In this document: positions 1-10,777 of the stretch, in pieces
Layout of the letters: each line of letters opens with the position of its first letter
How positions within the stretch are numbered: the stretch's first letter is position 1
Program-made: the position numbers and the translations under genes
NCBI GenBank assembly: GCA_052327205.1
Contig: CM126216.1
Coordinates: 89,280,001-89,344,000 of the forward strand
Length of the DNA stretch: 64,000 nucleotides
Direction: 5' to 3'
Source: Somniosus microcephalus
Lineage: Eukaryota
Notes under the pieces: model-generated
The model's database searches: none
What the model saw: only the letters and a program-made list of their open reading frames with translations
Told to the model about the DNA's origin: nothing

Positions 1-360
1 CGAGAGGTTTGGGGGGGGGGGGGGGGGGATTTCAGAGCTTCAGCTCTCAAGGCATGTCTGCCGATGGTGGGGTTGAAGAAAGTGAAGGATGTGCAGGAAT
101 CCAGAGTATAGGGAGGGGCGAGGCCATGGGTGGATTTGAACGCAAGGATGAGAATATTAAATTCAAGGTAACGCTGGACAGGGACCCAATGCAGGTCAGC
201 GGGCACAGGGGTGATGGGTGAGTGGGACTTGTTGCAGGTTAGAATATGGGTAGCAGAGATTTGGATGAGCTCGAATTTGTGGAGGGTGAAAGATGGGAGG
301 CCAGCAGAATAGTTTAGTCTGGAGGTAACCAAAGCATGGGTGAGGGTTGCGGCAGCAGAT
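1..360 (-). mobile_element. L2-clade LINE fragment (same family as 46988-47830)
   Basis: Shares agggaggggcgaggccatgg...ggatgagaat..ttaaa and gcagcagag.tttggatgagctc...ggaggccagc blocks with 47310-47570. Confidence 0.8.
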
Positions 361-1281
361 AAATGTTTTTTAAACAGATACATATTTTAAAATAAATCAA
401 TATCATAATTTCATATTTTTGGGCCTGCCTTGTAAACTAATTATATATTTAATTTATACCTACATACAACTACCGTTAATTCATCAAATTAGTGTTCAGG
501 TTTTGGCCACGACGCTACTTCGCTAGACTTTACAACAAATGCAAATGCTTGAGTTAGAAAGCTCACTTCTTTTGGATGTGAACGAAGTGTAGCAACAAAT
601 GGTAAACTCAGACACGGGTTTACGATTTCATTACATATAGCGCACAGAGGAAATGTCCTCCCCTCCCGCCGCCGTGCCAATCCAAGTGCAGAGTGAATGT
701 GTCATCTCGGAATCCGAGCGATTTCTCTAAATATTCTTAAAACACTACACTGTTTTCAACAAGAAAGAAACTAATAGACGGGATGGCATTTACTTCTCAG
801 TTCAGGCTAAAATATTTCGATGTGCCATGCTCAGGGAGCAAGAGTACTTCAGAATGCACTCAAATCATATTGGAACCAGTATACTGCCCAAGCTCAATCC
901 TGTAGTGTGTTCATTTCAAAATAAATCCGTAAATATTTAGATACAATATGAATCAATTACTGCACCTAAATGAGGTAACAGGCACCTAAAGATTAAACTT
1001 GGAAGCTCAATTTGTGGATATTACTCATCTGATTTTATTGTCCCAACCTCAAGTCGTGCTACCATGGAAAACCAGCCTATTTGTTACAATCCATTTTTCC
1101 CACAACATCAAACTTTTGGAAATTTTCAGACAGATTTGACTTCCGTGTACTTTTCACGCAAAGAGACCTTATACACTCCAACTACTAGTTAACAGTATCC
1201 TATGAATGTATTATCCATTGAAGTAAATACTAATTTAGAGCATCGCTTTATTGATGCTTAACTATAACTGTTATTTAATCC

Positions 1282-1484
1282 TGCTCCACAAGTGGAAGAT
1301 GAGGGACGACCCGACGTGCGACTGTGGCCATGAGTCCCAGACCATGGAACACATCGCATCAACCTGCCCGCAAATATCTGTTGTGGGAGGCACCTAATTT
1401 CTCCACTCGGCATCTCAGGAGGCCATCGACTGGAGAGCCAAACTGGACATCCCATTATAAACTTTTCCCGTCATACCAAAGTAG
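1282..1484 (+). mobile_element. 3' fragment of a Vingi/Ingi-like non-LTR retrotransposon
   Basis: The frame starting at 1281 reads LLHKWKMRDDPTCDCGHESQTMEHIASTCPQISVVGGT*FLHSASQEAIDWRAKLDIPL*, a CCHC knuckle typical of the Vingi/Ingi C-terminus. A short 3' UTR ends in cataccaaagtagta, and a candidate TSD TAATCC lies at 1276-1281 and 1485-1490. Confidence 0.7.
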
Positions 1485-3816
1485 TAATCCAAAATATTCA
1501 GTATGAATCTCCTTTTGCTTACAGCTGTTTGCATTTTAGAGCTTTCTAACAATATCAATTATTTAACCGATAATTATATTATTATTATATTACTACTTCC
1601 ACCCACAACAGAATTATAGCAAGGTTGAGCCAATCCATTTTGTCCAACAATCTGGCTACTGGAATAAGATAGTAGTCATTCTAACATGTGTTTTCTATTC
1701 GTTTGCTCGTAACTTTACACAATCTCAGTGTTTGTAATGGAACAATAAAGAAATAAATATACAGGTACCTTGCGATGTTCAAAGGGTAAATACTTTGTCG
1801 GATAGACACGATTGGGTCCTCCTTGTGATTGGCTGAAGCTCGTGCTGTACGGTTACACTACACATGTAGCCATTAAAGCCACCGGATACCGTGGCCCCAG
1901 ACTAACTACTGTAGAACGCGCAAGTTTCCACAGCCCCAAGAGCTTTCTCCTTCAGTTAGTGGGGTAACCCAGAATTTCTTGGAACTAGATATACGAATAT
2001 TTCCACATTCCGAGCTTTACGTTTTCACTGATGAAGTCTTACGAGCGGACGCGCTAAACCAGACAGACCTGTGTACTGGGGGCATAATGTGTTGGGAGCT
2101 TCTACATACCGAAGGAGTATTTTTAATTGAAGAAATATAGAAGGGAAAAAAATTGACACAAGAATGTTAAGATTTTGGTCAAATGCCCCTATTAAATCTT
2201 ATTCCAGGACTGACACGTTAAAGATGTCTTAATAAGTCCATTATGGTGTAATGAATCATATAACAAAATTGTCTTGTTGAATAAATGCCAAGATCGCAAG
2301 CCAAGTTATCTGTACAATAGAAAAGGAGGCACCATAGTACTCAATCCTTCTGTTACAACCTTTCGTAAGAGAGTAACTTCGGTATTATAATATGTAAAGA
2401 ATTGAAAACATGTATATCCAACAAAACGTAAAAGTAACCCTGAGATAACTGGTATGGCATATTTGGATGCGACCAATGATATTGCTTGGGAGGAATCACA
2501 TGCTCAGTCTGTTGTGATTTTGTGCATTGCACGGAAACCTACTCCCATCGTGGATGTGCAGTCTAACAGGAATCCAGACGCGCTGGTTTGGGAACAAGGA
2601 GACGATTAAAGCACAAAGTCACCGACAGCCAAGTACTTTAATCAGCTAGAGGTACCCTTTGAGAAATGTTGCAAGAATGCTAGACTTCAACGGAGTCGAA
2701 GGTCCCAGACAACCAGTTATTACTTAATCGATTAAGATATGCAATCACCTGTACTGTTCTGGAGAATTGGAGACATGCAGCCTCTGTTACAGAGCAAGCC
2801 GAGCTGATCATCATTCGGTTATATTTACATGACATTTATTTAGGAACTTATCAAGAAAATTACTAAAAAATGTTGGATAACTTTCTAAACGCAGTTTAGA
2901 TCTATTTTCTGTGAAGGAAATGGGATTACCTACTGAAATAGGCAGTTGGTCATACTCATCTAGCGATAAGGCTTTTATAGCACAAAATCACTTAAGCTCA
3001 ATAAATTCAGATTTCATCTTCGCAGTTCACAATGAAGAGCAGATAGGGCAAAAGGTCAAGGCCATGGACAGCACGAGTGGTTGAAACCTTCCCCCGTACA
3101 GACAACAAAACCACTTCCACACGGGCGGCTCCTGATTAATACAATAAAGGGACTCTCAGGGTTTCCTGCAAATATATCTTTAATTGGGCCTGACTACCTT
3201 TAATCAAGTTTGATGAAAATATTTCACAAAAAGAACGCTGAACTTTCAAAAGTACGATTGAAAGATGAACGATGCTTTAACCACAGAAACCGAAGGCTGT
3301 CGTTATACTGCAGATACCGGTATTTGTGGAGTGTAATGTCACAGCAAAGCTGTGCCAACTGAGGTCAGTGACCACGAAGCTCTGTGCATTATTTGTGCAT
3401 TGCTCCACGGGAGGGTTTTTTTTTAAGGAAAGAGGCATTCGGCCCCACTTAGTAAACGTTATAAATACAGTTCCTAGGTGGCCCGATAGACAGCTTGGGT
3501 ACTTGGAAAATGAAGCTTAACGTTGAACTGGAGTTATACTGTACCAGAGCAAACTCAGGCCACGTTGTGATAGCCTCTCGGAGAAACACAAGAAAGTGTA
3601 GGCCATTTAGGTTAACCTGGCCGGAACAAGAGAGGAGTCTCACTGTTCGGTTTTAGTCAGATTGGGGCCCGATTCCCGAGTTATACTGTCATCTGTGCCA
3701 ATACACACCTGAGCCACTTCACATTGATGAAAAAGTGGGAGTGGGGGTGCAATTTAACCCCAAGCAGGAGTCTCAGACCTACAACTGGAGAGTGAGACTG
3801 GCAGGCCCGTTATACT

Positions 3817-3958
3817 AAATAACAACAGAAAATGCTGGAAAAACTCAGCAAGTCAGGCAACATCCGTGGAGAGAAATTTGAGTTGACGTTTCGGGTTTGA
3901 CCCTTCCAGCATTTTCTGTTGTTATTTCGGATTTCCAACGTCTGCAGTATTTTGCTAT
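3817..3958. mobile_element. Penelope-like (PLE-derived) short insertion with inverted terminal structure
   Basis: 15-bp TSD CAGGCCCGTTATACT (3802-3816, 3959-3973) and a perfect 24-bp internal IR (3817-3840 / 3904-3927). The sequence (aatgctggaaaaactcagca..tcaggca, gacgtttcgggt, ctgcagtattttgct) resembles shark Penelope-type ends. Confidence 0.7.
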
Positions 3959-4019
3959 CAGGCCCGTTATACTGCTGGCCCCGCGTCACACACTGCCCAG
4001 TGACAAAGGAACTAGTTAT

Positions 4020-4378
4020 CACAGAATCACAGAAACCCCACAGTGCAGATAGAGGCCATTTCGGCCCATCGAGCCTGCACCGACACATATCCCACCCGAT
4101 CCCCGTAACCCCTACACCAACACATATCCCACCCTATCCCCGTAACCCCACATATTTAATCCCCCTAACACTAAGGGTCAATTTTTTTTATCATAGCCAA
4201 TCAACCTAACCCGCACATCTTTGGACTGTGGGAGGAAACCGGAGCACCCGGAGGAAACCCACGCAAACACGGGGAGAATGTGCAAACTCCACACAGACAG
4301 TCACCCGAGGCCGGATTTGAACCCGGGTCCCTGGTGCTGTGAGGCAACAGTGCTAACCACTATGCTACCGTGCTGCCC
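4020..4378 (-). mobile_element. tRNA-derived V-SINE (HE1-like shark SINE) with CR1-type tail
   Basis: Minus strand: GGGCAGCACGGTAGCATAGTGGTTAGCAC (A box), GGTTCAAATCC (B box, 4313-4323), V-domain gtgtggagtttgcacattctccccgtg...ggtttcctccgggtgctccggtttcctcccac, and tail gatgggccgaaatggcct...ttctgtgattctgt. Confidence 0.9.
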
Positions 4379-5169
4379 ATTATACTCGGGCTAGTATGAC
4401 ATGCGAACAATGGGAGACTATCTCACAGCGGTGGACTGACAGCTGTTGCCTTTAGGGTGGTCTTCAGTCAAATCCTCACCTTATTCCAATTTATACTCGC
4501 AAATTTGAGTTAGTGTGCATACAAACCATTTTACAAGGACACAAACGCAATAACATAATTGGCCATGGAGTCTTTCTTGTTCCCAGGTGAATCCTGCCAT
4601 CTATTAATGATATACTAGTTAATGAACTTTGCAAAATAACTCATAACCTTGTAATAGTACAGCTCCTGTAAACATAGTCCAGTTGTTTGGCCATTCATCA
4701 AAAAGTCCACAATAGCCTTTATCCTACATCACATTGGGAAGCACGATTTTCACCTTCAAATTACATCAGAATTGCACCTCATTAGATATATGGATTTTTA
4801 GACCACACTGGAAGAGACAGAATAAAATAAAATATAAAGAAAACCAATTGGCCTACTCACATATTCTAAATAACTGACATTTCTAAGTGACTTTGGTTAA
4901 AGAATGAATCTAACTGCAGGCTTTACTCTTGCAATGTACAAGAAGTTGTGAATCCCACACCCATCTCGATCTATCATTTTCCACACATTAAACTGTCTGT
5001 ATAAATGTGGTGTTTAAAAAGAGGTATTTTCACACCATACAACTTTTAGAGAAGAATCAACTAAACCATAAGTGCACTTTACCAAAGCTGGACTAGGTTA
5101 TAAAGTACTGCAGTTCCTATCTTTTCATCTGGTACTCATCAAAGCTGCAGAATGGAGCTCTTCCCATTT

Positions 5170-5555
5170 CAAGCACCTGTGTCAGTGTTAGCATCAAACA
5201 CTCCCAGGTCAGCTATGGCACAATCAAATGCAAAGCAAAGCGCCCTCCACTCTACCCCAACAACAGGTCTCCACCCACCCTCGGAAGAGTACCACGTACT
5301 GCATCAGTCTGACATTTTTTCTATTACCAACATCAGCCATCCTGTGATCTCATGGAGTGATGTTGACAATTAGTGTAACATCAGGGATAGTTTTGAGCTG
5401 TAGGCATATGCCCATTAGGAACTGGATTGGGACTGCCCAACTTTATTTCACACAAGATCCTTACAGCCCGCAGACAAAGGAAACTTTCATCCTATCAGTC
5501 TGGCTGGATTTCGACCCAGGTCCCAAGGGTGAAACCACCGTTGTGTCACATAGCT
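5170..5555 (-). mobile_element. LF-SINE-like ancient SINE
   Basis: Plus-strand blocks cattaggaactggattgggactgcccaactttatttcacac...gctggatttcgacccagg...ggtgaaa resemble the reverse complement of the LF-SINE consensus as I recall it. B-box-like sequence at 5506-5517. A related, more decayed fragment lies at about 22875-23090. Confidence 0.6.
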
Positions 5556-6616
5556 AATAAGAATCTGAGTGCATTCCCGCTTAAACTCTGTCTAGATGTA
5601 TTTCTGTTACAAATAACCTGCCATTCATTCATGCTTCTAATTATTTTACAGTGTACAAAAATGCACCAACTTTTCAGTTAGGCGCTACCAGAAAAATGTA
5701 CTGAAATGTTGTACATGTTAAACTTTAACATGTTACTACACTGTGCATGTGTGCTTGGATGAGGTGCATAGCTCCATTCACTGGGCAGTTAATTTCTATG
5801 TTACACCACATGTTGAAATGGTTCCTCTCCATTTATATGGAGTACTTTTATTTCATGTTGATGTTTCAGTGCTCCGTGCAAAAAGAAAATACATTTGGGG
5901 AAGTCACGCAGAGGGGAAGTCATGCGGTTACAAAAGCACTTGACTATAAAGTTATAAATCTGCCTGTTGTCTCAGTCCCAAATCACTCCAGAGGACACTC
6001 ACCCATTATTTTCCACTTTTACTACCTATTGCAATTCTTCAACTTTTTAATAAAAGTCACTGTACATTTTATTATATTCTTTTAACTACCTTGCAAAACA
6101 AGACTAACCATTAAATTAAAGACTCCCCACCATGATCTAGCAAGCTTCTCCAATGAAAAGCTCAGGTACCAGATCATGAATGTCCCAAGTTCAGTCTGCT
6201 TCGAGCTAACTGATTCCAGCCAGGTGGCAGCAGCTTTGCTAGAATTGACTCCAGCACCCCAAAAATAGGGAGGAGGCAATTAGTCAGAATTACACACCTC
6301 ATCACCATCCTCAATGGACCCTGGCGGATGAGCGAGGACAAGATTGGGTTCACCTCACAGTAGCAGGAACAAAGCTAGGTGTCGACACTGTACATAAATC
6401 TGTCCAACATTTATCCTCAAATCAGTTGCCCCAAGGGATGTGGTACAGACATTGCTGATATTTTGTACCACGATGATTGTCTTGCTGCTAGACCTGGCTG
6501 CAGGTTAAAGCCAAGGTTGCTGTTTGGTTGTAACAGTCTACAAGTGGGAATTCCTAGTTGCAGGATTCCACAATGAAGCAGCAGCATCAATTAGGAGCAG
6601 TATATAGGAAAATAAT

Positions 6617-7279
6617 GGGCCGGATTTTCCGACCCCCATGGGTGCATACGAGTTGTGTACTCACCCGGAGGGGCCGCGCAAGTGCCGGGTTTAGCACATG
6701 CCGGGAGATGGGCCTCTGCGGGTGGAGTATTCCGCTTTCTGTACAACTTCCGCCCGCTGAAAACCTTTCAATATCTCACGCCTGGTAAAAGCAGCGTAAG
6801 GCCTGCATTTACCAGCATAAGAGTAAATAAAAAAAATTCACTGATTTATAATTTAAAAATACTTTTAAAAAAGGTAAGTTTATTTTTAGCCCCGTAAATT
6901 CTCAAAAATTTACATTTGTTTAATATTTAATGTCATTTTAATTAATTTTAAATATATGTGTTTTTGTTAATTTATTTAATGTTTTACTTTTTTTTTTAAA
7001 GTGATCCCCATTCATACTTTTGACAGTTCTGTGCGTACAGATGTCAAAAGTGTGAAGTGGGATTCCCTTCTTTGATTGGTTCCCCATGGCCCATGTGATC
7101 CCAGGGACACTTATGAACTGCCTGCGCCTCTGGGATACCTGGGCCTCTGCACATTTCGTAGAGCAGAGGCCCATGATCGCGCGAACCTCGGGACCTATGG
7201 AGCCAACAGGTAAGTTCATAGATTTATTCTGATCGGAGGCATCCGCCCGCACAAAGCCTCCGATCGGAAATTCAGGGCC
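6617..7279. mobile_element. Non-autonomous DNA transposon (MITE), PIF/Harbinger-like, copy 1
   Basis: 16-bp imperfect TIRs GGGCCGGATTTTCCGA / TCGGAAATTCAGGGCC. AAT on both flanks (6614-6616, 7280-7282). AT-rich centre and an internal hairpin ctggtaaaagcag..ctgcatttaccag. Confidence 0.85.
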
Positions 7280-7739
7280 AATGAGAGGATCATCAGGGCG
7301 AGAGAGAGAGAGAGACAGCCTCTGAACTGGAAGGTGGGGGGTGGTGGGTTGTGGAAGGGAGATATGAGCTGTCTGCCTTGGTGAAGGAGAGCGTGACTAT
7401 TCAAATATTGTTTGATGCTTTAGTTCATTCGCTAAATATGGACAAACCCAAGTGTGACATTTTCTTATGAATTTTAAATATGTATCAATTACAAAGTTAA
7501 AATGTATCTAAAGTTACCCAGAATGACTGTTTTTAATATATATTTTTAAAATCATGGGAGCATTCGCTCATCTTCTGACTTTAAAGTGTAACTAGGCTCA
7601 GCCAGTTTCTCATGCAAAACAGTCCAATTGTTCCTGCTATTTAGGCTCCTCAGGTCCCGCTGAGCAGATTTACAGAAGTTCAAGTTTACTCCTGGAGCTC
7701 AGCAAAGCCAACCCAGCCCCATTTATATAATGAGCCGAC

Positions 7740-10700
7740 TAGTGAGGGTGATGACACCTTGGCGGAGTGCAGTCCAGCGCACATCCACGGCACTGTGGGG
7801 AAAATGACTGCACAGGGGGGTGCAGTAAAGTGTAGAAATGCAGTGGTCATATGGGATTCGATAGTCAGGGGGATAGACAAGTGTTTCTGCAACCGCCGAC
7901 ATGATGTGTTGCCTCTATGGTGCCAGGGTAAAAAGACATCACTGAGAGAGAGTGCAGAACATTTTGAGGGGGGGGGGGGGAGAAGGAGGGGAACAGCCAG
8001 AAGTCGTGGTCCATCTGGGAACCAATGGCATAAGAAAGAAAAGGGTTAAAGACCTGCAGCCAGAGTTTCAGGAGCTAGGGAGGGAGTTAAAAGACAGGAC
8101 CTCAAAAAGGTTGTAACCTCTGGATTACCCCCAGTGCCACGCACTGGTGTGTATAGGAATAGTAGGATAAAACAGGTTCATGCGTAGCTGGAGAAATGGT
8201 GCAGGAGGGAGTGCTCCAGATTCTTAGGGCATTGGGACCAGTTCTGGGGCAGGAGGGACTTGTTCAAGGTTGACAAGTTGCACTTCAACAGAGCTGGGAC
8301 CAATGTCCTTGCGGGAAGGTTAACTAGCACTACGGGAGGAGGGTTTAAACTAATTTGGCAGGGGGTGGGCACCAGGATGAAGCATTAGAGTGGGGAAACA
8401 AGGTGCATAGAGACGACTGGGAGAGGCAAATAGCACTAGAGTAACGAATAGTTCAAAAATAGGCGGGATCAAATGCGAGGCAGTCTCAGATGGGTTTGGA
8501 GTGCATGTACGTAAATGCATGGAGCATGGTAAATAAGGTTGGTGAGCTGCAGGCGCAAGTCACCACATGGGACAATGATATAGTGGCAATAACAGTGGTC
8601 ATAATAACCAGCTTTAAAATAGTTATGAAAAAGGACAAGCATAAAAAATACTTAACTGGAGGAGAGCTAACTTCAGTGAGTTGAAAAGGGATCTTGTGCA
8701 GGTGGATCAGAGTAAAAAATTGGTAGGCAAAACAGTAATTGCACAATGGGGGGCCTTCAAAGAGGAGATGGTTCACGTACAGAGTAGATACATTCCTGAG
8801 GGGGAAAGGGAGGGCATCCAAAGCTAGAGCTCCCTGGATGACTGAAGATATAGAGATTAAAATGAAACAGAAAAAAAGAGGCTTATGACAACTGTAAGAT
8901 TAATAATATAGTGGAGAACCAAACTGAATATAAAAAGTACAGAGGAGATCTAAAAAGGGGAATAAGAGGGGCAAAGAGAGAATAGATTAGTGGCGAACGT
9001 AAAAGGGAACTTAAAGTCTTTTATAAACAAATAAATAGTAGAAGGGTAGTCAACGGAAGTGTGGGGCCAATTAGGAACCAAAAAAGGAGATCTTCTCGTG
9101 GAGGCAGAGGGCATGGCTGAGGTACTAAATGAGTACTTTGTATCTTTCTTCACTAAAGAGGATGCTACCAGTGTAGCATTAAAGGAGGAGGCAGTAGTGA
9201 TATTGGATAGGATAAAAGAGAATGTATTAAAAGGTTGGTAGAAAAGTCACCCGGTCCAGATAGGATGTATGCTCGGTTACTGAGGGAAGTAAGGATGGAA
9301 AATGCAGAGGCTCGGGCCACAATCTTCCAATCCTCCTTGAATATCGGGGTGGTGTCAGAGGACTGGAGGATTGCAAATGTTACACCCTGTTTAAAAAAGG
9401 GGGAGAGGGATAAACCTGACAATTACAGGCCAGTCAGCCTAATGTCAGTGGTGGGGAAACTTTTAGAGACAATAATCAGGGAGAACATTATTTGGAAAAC
9501 TATGGGCTAATAAATGAAAGTCTGCACGGATCTGTTAAAGGCAAATCATGTTTAACTAACTTGATTGAGTTCTTTGATGAAGTAATGAAGAGGATTGATG
9601 AGGTTAGTGTGGTTGATGTTCTGTGTATGGACTTTCAAAAGTCATTCGACAAAGTATCACATAATAGACTGGTTAGCAAAATTAAAGCCCATGGGATTAA
9701 AGGGACAGTGGCAGCATGGATACAAAATTGGCTAAGGGACAGAAAGCAGAGAGTAGCGGTGAATGGTTGTTTTTCAGACTGGAGGGAAGTATACAGTGGT
9801 GTTCCCCAGGGGTCGGTGTTGGGACCACTGTTCTTTTTGATATATATTAATGACCTGTACTTGGGTATACAGGGCATAATTTCAAAGTTTGCAGATGATA
9901 CGAAACTCAGAAATGCAGTAAACAATGAGAAGGATAGTAATAGACTTCAAGAGGACATAGATGAAATAGGCAGACACATGGCAGATGAAATTTAACACAG
10001 AAGTGTGAGGTGGTACATTTTGGTAGGAAGAATGAGGAGAGGCAATATAAACTAAATGATGCAATCTTAAAGGGGGTACAGGAACAGAGACACCTGGGGG
10101 TGTATGTACTCAAATCTTTGAAGGTGGCAGGACAAGCTGAGAAGTCTTGTTAAAAAAGCATATGAGATCCTTGGCTTTATTAATAGAGACAGAGTACACA
10201 AGCAAGAAAGTTATAAAACACTGGTTAGGCCTCAGCTGGGGTAGTGTGCTCAATTCTGGGGCACCACACTTTAGGAAGGATGTCAAGGCCTTGGAGAGGG
10301 TGGAGAGGAGATTTACTAGAATGTTACCTGGGATGAGGGACTTCAGTTACGTCAAAAGACTGGAGAAGCTGGTGTTGTTCTCCTTAGAGCAGAAAAGGTT
10401 AAGAGTAAATTTGATAAAGATGTTCAAAATCATGAATGGTTTTGATCGAGTAAATAAGGAGAAACTGTTCTCAGTAGCAGATTGGTTGGTAACTAGAGGA
10501 TAGAGATTTAAGCTGATTTGGCAAAAGAAACAGAGGACATGAGGAAACTTTTTCACACAGCTTGTTGTTGTGATCTGGAATGTACTGCCTGAAAAGGGTG
10601 GTGGAAGCAGATTCAGTAGTAACTTTCAAAAGGGACTCAGATAACTCCTTGAAGGGAAAAACATGATAGGACTTTGGGGAAAGAGCAGGCGACTGGGATT

Positions 10701-10777
10701 AATTGGATAGCTCTACCAAAGAGCCGGCACTGGCACCATGGGTCGAATTGCTTCCTTCTTGTGCCATTCTGTGATTC
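7740..10777 (+). mobile_element. Decayed near-full-length CR1 LINE in ALX4 intron 1
   Basis: ORF1 esterase remnant (AVVIWDSIVRGID). Fragmented ORF2 (YVNAWS, KSPGPD, YRPVSL, GVPQGSVLGP, FADD, PHFRKDV) with many frameshifts. CR1 3' tail ending attctgtgattc. Confidence 0.92.

Noticed and set aside
4300-4378. tRNA gene
   Set aside because: The A/B boxes belong to a SINE head attached to a V-domain and a LINE tail. The same applies at 28060-28134.
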